The position numbers were made by a program, and so were the translations under genes. Below are positions 57,645 through 64,000 of a stretch of DNA of 64,000 nt, piece after piece (the first letter of the stretch is position 1; each line of letters starts with the position of its first letter). The DNA comes from a bacterium. GTDB taxonomy: Bacteria; Actinomycetota; Acidimicrobiia; Spongiisociales; ZC4RG35. The notes under the pieces were generated by a model. The model saw only the letters and a list, made by a program, of their open reading frames with translations, searched no databases and was not told the DNA's origin. Location: positions 18,043 to 82,042 of the forward strand of contig JAHEJW010000001.1 in the NCBI GenBank assembly GCA_024638655.1, read 5' to 3'.

Positions 57645-57890
57645 GCGCTTGACGAGCCTCGTAAGCCGTCGCTGGTCGTCGATGATCCCTTCCGCGATCA
57701 CGTGGTCATCGGGCCCGAGCAGGACGGGGATCCTCATCCCGTAACTCGCCTCCAGCTCCGGTGACGATTCCACATCGATCTCTTGGAGCTCTGCTTTCAC
57801 CGCTGCCGCCGCCTTCTCGACGAGAGGCCTCGCATCTTCGCAGAGATGGCATCCGGGGCGGGTCAGAAAACGAAGTCTGAAATGTCTCAA
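57624..57890 (-). CDS. glutaredoxin-like protein (DUF836-type, CxxC)
   Basis: FLTRPGCHLCEDARPLVE...EIDVESSPEL..YGMRIPVLL pattern. Start proposed at TTG 57890 with GGAG 9 nt upstream. The 164-aa track ORF from 58118 would add 76 non-conserved residues. Confidence 0.5.
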   Translation of the reverse strand: MRHFRLRFLTRPGCHLCEDARPLVEKAAAAVKAELQEIDVESSPELEASYGMRIPVLLGPDDHVIAEGIIDDQRRLTRLVKRSAGRAG

Positions 57891-58031
57891 GGAATCACTC
57901 TCCGTGACCGATAAACACGAGACATGTGGAGAGGATATTCCGTCTCCCTCATACCTAGGGCACGTTCGTCCAAGGTGTGAACGGATAGCCTCCCAGCCCG
58001 CCCCACGGTGACGGAGTCCTCTCACATGTAG

Positions 58032-58059
58032 GTCGGGGCCCTCGACAGAGGGCCCCGAC
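58032..58059. terminator. GC-rich hairpin (12-bp perfect stem GTCGGGGCCCTC / GAGGGCCCCGAC, loop GACA)
   Basis: Read directly from the sequence. It lies ~150 nt downstream of the minus-strand DUF62 gene and upstream of the glutaredoxin-like gene, with no strong U-tract on either strand. Confidence 0.35.
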
Positions 58060-58205
58060 ACATCTGTTTCCGGGCCCGTTTCCGTGAGCCGAGGGCTCAG
58101 GACACAGCCGAGCAGCAATCACGACGCTCTTATCCTCCAACCGGATGCGACCCGCTACAGCAATCGTGATCATCATTCTGCTTGCGGTGATCGCCGTAGC
58201 TGGTG

Positions 58206-59030
58206 TCATTCAGCTCTGGCTCCTGTTCTCCCCGCCATCCTGACGAAAATCCCCTCGGCCAGATTCAGGTCCTCATCTGCTCTTCCAGAGCGGACGGCTA
58301 TCGCCATGAGACCCGCCGAGTCGACATACAGCAGCGGCTCGCCCTCGGCAACGTCGGAGTAGGCATTCGCCCAGCGAAGGTTGTGGATCGTCGAGCCAGC
58401 AGTGACGATCACGCTGTCATCCTGGCTCAGGCCGATTGCCGTCAGCTCCTCCGGCGAGATGTTGGTCTGAACGTTCCCGAACCGGTCCACCCACCAGGCC
58501 TCACCCGAGACGGTCCCACCCTTGGTCTCGGTGAGGGGCAGGAGGAGCGGCGTGACCTCGTCGCTCGCCACGGCCGGGCCGAGATCATCTAGAGCCGCCT
58601 CACCGGAGGCGAGAAGCCCCGCCGCCGGGGCAAAAACGTCTCTCCCATGGAATGTCTCACCGGGTGACGGGATCATCGCTTCCGGATTCTCGATCGACAC
58701 AACGCGGGAGGCGCCGCCGACCATTGCCACTGCCGGTGACAACAAGCCGTTGTCCGGGCCCACGAAGAACCCCCATGACGTCTCTGCAGCGATCGCTTTT
58801 CGCTTCGAGCCGACTCCGGGGTCAACCACCGCAAGGCAGACTCCTTCCGGTAAATACTGAATTGCTCGGGTGAGTGATAGGGCCGCGCTGCGCACATTGC
58901 CGCGAGCCGTGCCGTGACCGATGTCGATGACCCGCGACTCAGGGGCGAGTTTGGCGAGCACGCCGTGGACCACTCCCACGAACTCGTCGCCGTACCCGAA
59001 GTCTGAGATGAAACTGATCGGCAGAGTCAT
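58206..59030 (-). CDS. SAM hydroxide adenosyltransferase-family protein (DUF62; fluorinase/chlorinase-like fold)
   Basis: 274 aa. The N-terminus ISFISDFGYGDEFVGVVHGV matches the DUF62 signature (TDFG...D.YVG..KGV). Confidence 0.7.
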   Translation of the reverse strand: MTLPISFISDFGYGDEFVGVVHGVLAKLAPESRVIDIGHGTARGNVRSAALSLTRAIQYLPEGVCLAVVDPGVGSKRKAIAAETSWGFFVGPDNGLLSPAVAMVGGASRVVSIENPEAMIPSPGETFHGRDVFAPAAGLLASGEAALDDLGPAVASDEVTPLLLPLTETKGGTVSGEAWWVDRFGNVQTNISPEELTAIGLSQDDSVIVTAGSTIHNLRWANAYSDVAEGEPLLYVDSAGLMAIAVRSGRADEDLNLAEGIFVRMAGRTGARAE

Positions 59031-59092
59031 GTTCGGCGACGGTAACCAGGTGGCTGTTTCCGCACCAGGGCCGTCAACCTATATTCGTCTCG

Positions 59093-59974
59093 ATGGCCGA
59101 CAGCACTCACGAGTCCATAGCCCACGAGATTGCCTCCGGAGGGGTCTCGATGCTGATCGGTGGTCTTGACACCGGTAAGACCACGCTGGCCCTCCAGGCA
59201 ACCAGACAGGCACTAGGAGAGGGACGGCGAGTCGTGATGGTGGATGCCGACGTCGGGAACTCGACCATCGGGCCTCCGGCGTGTGTTGGCATGAAAGTCA
59301 TCCAGGATCAAGGAGATCTCGACGATCTCGAGGAACCGGACGCGCTGCACTTCGTTGGGACCATCTCCGCGGCTCGATTGGTCCTGCAACAGGTCGTCGC
59401 AACCGCTGCCATGGCCGAACGCGCCCGGGGCCTCGGAGACATCGTCGTCATCGACACCACTGCGATCGCCTCGGGGGTGGCAGGGGAGACGCTGAAATAC
59501 CACAAGACGGAGTTGTGCCGTCCCGATCGGATCATCGCCTTGCAGCGCGGCGAGGAGATGGAGCCAGTCGTCGGGATGTTGAGGAGATTCCTCGGAGTGG
59601 AGGTCATAACGGCCCCGACCGACCCGGCTTTGATGCCTTTGTCGCCCGATGAGCGGGCCGCGAAACGGGCCAAGGCTTTCGCCCAGGCTCTGGCCCCTCC
59701 ACTGACCCGGTGGAAGGTGCGGCCCACGGTGTTCGCCCCAACACTCCCGGTCGGGCTCAACTTCGAGCGCCTCGACAACGTTCTCGTCGGAGTCCAGGAC
59801 TCCACGGGCTCATGTCTCGGGCTCGGGATCCTGGAACACGAAGACGAGACGCTTCGAGTTCTCACCAATGTGGGGGAAGGCATGACCGGGTTGCGTCTCG
59901 GCTCGATGAGACTCGACCTCGACACACATGAGTCCGCGATGGTCAACCTTCGAGAGTTGATGTTCGGCATCTGA
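59093..59974 (+). CDS. Clp1/Grc3-like P-loop NTPase (putative polynucleotide 5'-kinase family)
   Basis: Walker A GGLDTGKTTLA, followed by VVMVDADVGNSTIGPP that resembles the Clp1-family DLDPGQ...PPG segment. 293 aa. Weak to moderate assignment. Confidence 0.5.
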   Translation: MADSTHESIAHEIASGGVSMLIGGLDTGKTTLALQATRQALGEGRRVVMVDADVGNSTIGPPACVGMKVIQDQGDLDDLEEPDALHFVGTISAARLVLQQVVATAAMAERARGLGDIVVIDTTAIASGVAGETLKYHKTELCRPDRIIALQRGEEMEPVVGMLRRFLGVEVITAPTDPALMPLSPDERAAKRAKAFAQALAPPLTRWKVRPTVFAPTLPVGLNFERLDNVLVGVQDSTGSCLGLGILEHEDETLRVLTNVGEGMTGLRLGSMRLDLDTHESAMVNLRELMFGI

Positions 59975-60067
59975 CCCTGAGTATCAACACGTTCCTGTGC
60001 CCGCCACGTGCCGGGGATTCTCACCGTCATCTAAAGGAAAACCGGGGCCGGACCGATAACCCACCCC

Positions 60068-60742
60068 ATGCTGGGAAGACGGCGCTGGCTGTTGATCCTC
60101 GTGATCGCATCGATGGCAACGACCGGACTCGGGCTGTCGGCGGGAGCCGACTCCGCCTCCGAGTCCGAGTTTCTCGCGAAGATCAACGCCGAGCGATCAG
60201 CCAACGGTCTCGGTGGGTTGACCATGGACGGTGGTCTACAGGCTCATGCTCGCAAGCACAGCCAGGACATGATGGACGCCAATCAGATCTACCACTCCAC
60301 CAGCGCCGAGCTGCAGGCAGCAGCCGGCAGTGGCTGGAGCAAGCTGGGGGAGAACGTGGGCCGGGGTGGTTCGGTGAGCTCGCTTCATACGGCGTTCATG
60401 AACTCGTCGGGTCACCGGGCGAACATCCTTGGGGACTACAACTACGCCGGTATCGGAACCGGAACCAAAGACGGTGTGCTCTACGTCACCGTGGTCTTCA
60501 TGAAGAAGGGATCCACCCAAACCACGACAACCACCTCACCTCCTCAGACGACCACGACCACACCATCGAACACGACTCCAACCACGAACGCTCCGCCCAA
60601 GACAACGACGACCCCCGCACCGACAACGACCACCCTGCCACCCACCACCACGACAACCCTCATCGTCGGACCGGACAAGCCCGTGACTCCGGGTGAGGCC
60701 TGCGTCGAAGCGACGCTGTTCTGGTGGATGTGCCACGATTGA
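60068..60742 (+). CDS. secreted CAP/SCP (PR-1-like) domain protein with a Thr/Pro-rich linker and a short Cys/Trp C-terminal motif
   Basis: Signal peptide; CAP-domain motifs (HSQDMMDANQIYHS, HRANILGDYNYAGIG); ~60-residue T/P-rich low-complexity region; C-terminal CVEATLFWWMCHD. Confidence 0.7.
   Translation: MLGRRRWLLILVIASMATTGLGLSAGADSASESEFLAKINAERSANGLGGLTMDGGLQAHARKHSQDMMDANQIYHSTSAELQAAAGSGWSKLGENVGRGGSVSSLHTAFMNSSGHRANILGDYNYAGIGTGTKDGVLYVTVVFMKKGSTQTTTTTSPPQTTTTTPSNTTPTTNAPPKTTTTPAPTTTTLPPTTTTTLIVGPDKPVTPGEACVEATLFWWMCHD
60523..60660 (+). repeat. low-complexity ACC/ACG-rich coding repeat (Thr/Pro-rich linker of the CAP-domain protein)
   Basis: Read directly from the sequence: degenerate accacgacaacc-type units encoding TTTTSPPQTTTTTP... 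Confidence 0.4.
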
Positions 60743-61241
60743 GACTCGCGCGGCTCCAGGTGGCCTGACAGGCCGATCTCCGGTCCTCGGCGTGAAGCAA
60801 CGTTTGAGACACTTGCCCGATGCCGGCAAGTATCACTGAGGCCACGGTCGACCAGCTCGCCCGCTCCGCCCTCACTCAACCGGGCGGCCCCAGATGGAGC
60901 AGTGAAGGTCTTTGTGATCACCGAGGAGTCAAATCCTGCAGCCCGGGGGCTCTATGAGGCCACAGGAGCCAAGAGTGCCGAAGACGGAGACTCGATCGTC
61001 TATTGGTGGGATCCGGCTAGGAGCGGTAGCGATCGAACTCCAGAGCCGTGACCCGGCAAACGGAACCAGCCCACACAAAACGCCCCAGTGACCCTCTGGA
61101 GCCTCCTCCGCACTTCCCCGAACGGACGCTTCTCCAGTATGAGCCTCTGGGGCGCTTGCGTCATCGAATGTACGGGAATGCAACCCCAGGTTCAACGACC
61201 CCGTTCAAATCGATATATACCCTCGACTCTCTCCAACTAAC

Positions 61242-61329
61242 GTGAACGGTCCACCCTGTGGGACAGAATTGCGGTTTACCCACAGAATTCGGGGTTTTCC
61301 ACAACCCTTGTCCACAGGGGCGTGTTCAC
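61242..61329. other. long imperfect inverted repeat (~23-nt arms GTGAACGGTCCACCCTGTGGGACAG / CTTGTCCACAGGGGCGTGTTCAC around a ~40-nt loop), followed on the plus strand by a T-rich tract
   Basis: Read directly from the sequence. It lies directly 3' of the minus-strand gene ending at 61336. The plus-strand continuation AAGTTTCTAAACGGATTTTTCG is U-rich, so it is terminator-like in both orientations. Confidence 0.35.
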
Positions 61330-61335
61330 AAGTTT

Positions 61336-61755
61336 CTAAACGGATTTTTCGCGAGTAGGAAAGCCAGATCGGATCATCGGTCGGAAGGCGACTTCAACCA
61401 TGTCGTATATCTCACCGAGGATGAAATCGAGCTCGTCGAGGGTCACCCGGTCGGCGGCCACCCTGCCCCGGATGACGACCGCACCCTCGTCGTCAACGGC
61501 GAAGAAGGCCCTCCAAGATCCCATGTTTCGCACCAGCGCCTGACGATGCACTTCCTGCGGCTCGAGGGGCGCCGGCATGAAGTAAGCCTCGAACTTCAGG
61601 CTCCGCTCCCAAATCTCAAACCAAACAGTGGTGGCCTCGCGAACCTGTTGGCGCATCCTGACTGCGATGCGTCCTTCGAGCTCTTCGGAGTACTCAACCG
61701 ACGATTCCGGATCGTCAAGCCATAGACGGATTCGATCGTCGAGAACCTCTCTCAC
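61336..61755 (-). CDS. hypothetical protein (possibly YbjN-like)
   Basis: 139 aa acidic soluble protein with a 4-nt overlap with the asparaginase gene. No firm motif. Confidence 0.35.
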   Translation of the reverse strand: MREVLDDRIRLWLDDPESSVEYSEELEGRIAVRMRQQVREATTVWFEIWERSLKFEAYFMPAPLEPQEVHRQALVRNMGSWRAFFAVDDEGAVVIRGRVAADRVTLDELDFILGEIYDMVEVAFRPMIRSGFPTREKSV

Positions 61756-62723
61756 GCCGACAGTTCGAGACGCGGTTCGGTGCGACCAACCGTCTCACCC
61801 CCTCCTCGAACGGGAGGTCGGCCGATCTCTTCGAGCGCGGCGCGGGCGGTTTCTGTGAGCTCGCCGAGCTGCGCTAGAACAGACACTGCCGCGACGTCGG
61901 CGATGTCCCCGAGCCCGTCCCAGCTCTTCACGGCTATTCCCAAGCGACTGTGCACCGCAACACCGATGCACCCCTGGGCGCCACCCTTGGCAGCTGCATC
62001 GATTGACATTCCAATGGTCGAGTCCCCCTCTCCGTTGCCGGCCACGAGTGCCGGATACCGGTGCATCGCCTGAAACACCTCTGCGAGCTTCGAGTCTGAG
62101 GCCAGACGGGCGAAGAGCACCGACATGGCGCGCGTGGTGGTTCTCATGACCGGGGCACCGCAACCGTCGATCCCCACAGGTTCCACCCGTAGACCTCCGA
62201 GCTCGGAGACAAACTCGACAATCCGCCTCTGAAGGGGATGCTCTGGTGAGAGGTAAGTGTCGGTCGGCCAACCGCGTGCGACACAGGCGCGAAGGAAGCC
62301 GGCGTGCTTGCCGGAACAGTTGTGCCAGATCCGTCTCGGAGCTACGGCGCCAGCTCTGAGCAACCGTTTGGCCGCTTCAGTTCCCAGCGGCCAGTTGGGA
62401 GGACATCCCAGTGCACTCTCGTCGATACCTCCCCGGCTCAGCATGGAGCGAACCAGCTCGATGTGAACCGGGTGGCCGCGGTGGGACGCACAGGCCATCG
62501 CCATCTCCAAAGGCTCCAGGGCGGCACCGCTCTCCTGGGAGACCAAAGCCTGGAAGGGCTTCGCCGACGAACGCAGGAAGAAGGGGCGGTCGATATCTCC
62601 GGCGTGAGCAACCAGGGAACCATCAGAATCGGATACCGCGGCAGCACCGTGGTGATAGGTCTCCTCGAGTCCCGAGCGAACCCTTGCGGCAAGCAGAGCA
62701 GCAGGAGCCTCGCCTGTAGTCAA
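61752..62723 (-). CDS. asparaginase (Rhizobium-type Asparaginase_II family)
   Basis: FFLRSSAKPFQAL, CSGKHAGFL and GIDGCGAP blocks typical of the Asparaginase_II family. 323 aa. Confidence 0.65.
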   Translation of the reverse strand: MTTGEAPAALLAARVRSGLEETYHHGAAAVSDSDGSLVAHAGDIDRPFFLRSSAKPFQALVSQESGAALEPLEMAMACASHRGHPVHIELVRSMLSRGGIDESALGCPPNWPLGTEAAKRLLRAGAVAPRRIWHNCSGKHAGFLRACVARGWPTDTYLSPEHPLQRRIVEFVSELGGLRVEPVGIDGCGAPVMRTTTRAMSVLFARLASDSKLAEVFQAMHRYPALVAGNGEGDSTIGMSIDAAAKGGAQGCIGVAVHSRLGIAVKSWDGLGDIADVAAVSVLAQLGELTETARAALEEIGRPPVRGGGETVGRTEPRLELSA

Positions 62724-62733
62724 CAGGTTGCGC

Positions 62734-63264
62734 TCAGTTGGAGACCGTGGCCTCGTCTTGGCCGCTGCGATAACGAGTGACGATCTCGTCCTGAAGGCTG
62801 TCGATCACCGAGTGGAGGTCGCGCCGCTGGTGGGAGAGGGTTGTCTCGACATCGCGTAGTCGGTCTGTTGCTTCCCTTATCTCTTCGTCACTGAGCTCCG
62901 GCAGCTGGGTCAGAATCCCGTCGTCCATTATCCGATCGATGAGTCGTCGCCCGGTCTTGGACGGTATCGGTGGCATGGTCTCGATGTGCCGGAGATTGGG
63001 CTCGTTGCCGAGGATCATGCCGCTGGCCAGTATCTCCGGCAGCGCTTCCAGCAAGGTCCGCTCCTCCTCACCCGAACGACGACGTAGCTCGAAGTTCAAG
63101 AGGTCCATCCGCCCGTGGAGCAGCCTCCTGTAGTACGAGATCTGTGCTTCGACGTCCTCAGCCATGTCCCGGCGGCGCCTGAGCTCGCCCAGCTCCAGGT
63201 CTTCGAGCTCCTCGAGGTACTCGGGCTCGAGGACTATGTCGATGCGGCGGCGTTTCTCGTTCAC
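62734..63264 (-). CDS. hypothetical protein
   Basis: Start proposed at GTG 63264 (VNEKRRRIDIVLEPEYLEEL...) with an AGGTAA-like RBS. The track ORF from 63480 overlaps the upstream M23 peptidase gene by 206 nt, and its extra N-terminus is low complexity. Confidence 0.4.
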   Translation of the reverse strand: MNEKRRRIDIVLEPEYLEELEDLELGELRRRRDMAEDVEAQISYYRRLLHGRMDLLNFELRRRSGEEERTLLEALPEILASGMILGNEPNLRHIETMPPIPSKTGRRLIDRIMDDGILTQLPELSDEEIREATDRLRDVETTLSHQRRDLHSVIDSLQDEIVTRYRSGQDEATVSN

Positions 63265-63274
63265 GCGAGCCAGG

Positions 63275-64000
63275 TTACCTACAGGCGCCGGCCACGGTTG
63301 GATAAGGGTTGACGGCAGAGCTGCCACGCCCGCCCGGGTGGATCTCGAAGTGGAGGTGGGGACTCCCACCCCGGGCGTTACCCGAGTCGCCGTTGTATCC
63401 GATGGTCTGGCCCTGGCTGACACTGGCACCGCTGGATACAGCCCAATCGGAGAGGTGGGCGTAGTAGTAGGCCACGCCATTGTTCGCCGTCAGCCAAACG
63501 GTTCTGCCGCCGAGACCGCCGTTCCTTGTCGACACACGACCGGCGGCAACGGCATAAACCGGCTCGTTCCAAGCGGCGAACATGTCTACGCCCTTGTGGC
63601 TTCGCCCTCCGGAGCGGGGAAAACCCCACGAGTCGATGAACGAGGTGTGTCCTGGTGTGAATGGGCAGACGAACGATCCGACCTGGACTGATCCGGATGC
63701 TCGCTGCGCTCGCCTCGCAGCCAACTCGGCCTGCTCGGCCTCGTATTTGGCCTGCAACTCCTTGCATTTGCCACTCAGCTTGGCGTAGGCGTCCTGCTCG
63801 GCCTTCATGGCCGCCTCCTGGGCGTTGAGTAGGTCGAGAGCCTGGGCCTCGGCCTGTTTGAGCTCGTCGTGTGCGACGGCGAGGTCGTCCTGGAACCGGT
63901 TCAGCTCGCCTCTGGCGGCAACGAGGTCGTTGATCGACGACTGCCCGCCGACCGTGGCCGCCGAGAGAAACTCCGAAGTGGCAAGCACCTCATCGACCGA
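63275..64000 (-). CDS. M23-family metallopeptidase with an N-terminal coiled-coil region (partial; the N-terminus lies beyond the right window edge)
   Basis: C-terminal M23/LytM domain ([28 protein letters not shown]) after a coiled-coil segment. No signal peptide or clear N-terminus is visible before the window ends. Confidence 0.7.
   Translation of the reverse strand, partial: SVDEVLATSEFLSAATVGGQSSINDLVAARGELNRFQDDLAVAHDELKQAEAQALDLLNAQEAAMKAEQDAYAKLSGKCKELQAKYEAEQAELAARRAQRASGSVQVGSFVCPFTPGHTSFIDSWGFPRSGGRSHKGVDMFAAWNEPVYAVAAGRVSTRNGGLGGRTVWLTANNGVAYYYAHLSDWAVSSGASVSQGQTIGYNGDSGNARGGSPHLHFEIHPGGRGSSAVNPYPTVAGACR

Noticed and set aside
57891-58118. 76-codon N-terminal extension of the glutaredoxin-like ORF
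   Set aside because: There is no conservation or domain, and the glutaredoxin-like fold begins after it. An internal TTG with a GGAG RBS gives a typical ~88-aa DUF836-type protein. The choice is uncertain.
1-64000. tRNA, rRNA, CRISPR arrays, insertion sequences or integrases
   Set aside because: I saw no rRNA-like conserved stretches, no tRNA-like T-loop/acceptor signatures in the few intergenic gaps, no direct-repeat/spacer array, and no transposase or integrase-like ORFs. The window looks like stable core chromosome.

Overview
This is a high-GC window that looks like actinobacterial chromosome, possibly Acidimicrobiia-like, and it is tightly packed with core metabolic genes. Energy metabolism dominates. 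Two complex I (nuo) operons sit on the minus strand. The first (1..10239) has 11 genes and lacks nuoEFG; the second (29655..44362) has all 14 genes. Between them lie a GlgE-pathway alpha-glucan cluster, an iron-type ABC importer, moaA and a thioredoxin-like gene. After the second nuo operon come the redox sensor rex, a menJ-like menaquinone reductase, and two divergently transcribed electron-transfer gene clusters (48355..57644). One is a Rieske/cytochrome b6-subunit IV complex with an embedded dicluster ferredoxin and a diheme cytochrome c carrying a large insert. The other is a cbb3-oxidase-like module whose CcoN-like subunit has lost every canonical histidine ligand. Three subunits across the two clusters share a ~35-residue N-terminal module. 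The 3' end holds SAM-hydrolase, Clp1-like kinase, CAP-domain, asparaginase and M23-peptidase genes. I found no rRNA, tRNA, CRISPR array or mobile element. I inferred gene starts by reading codons by hand; the ORF track writes GTG and TTG starts as M, and I re-derived several starts to remove long overlaps between adjacent genes.
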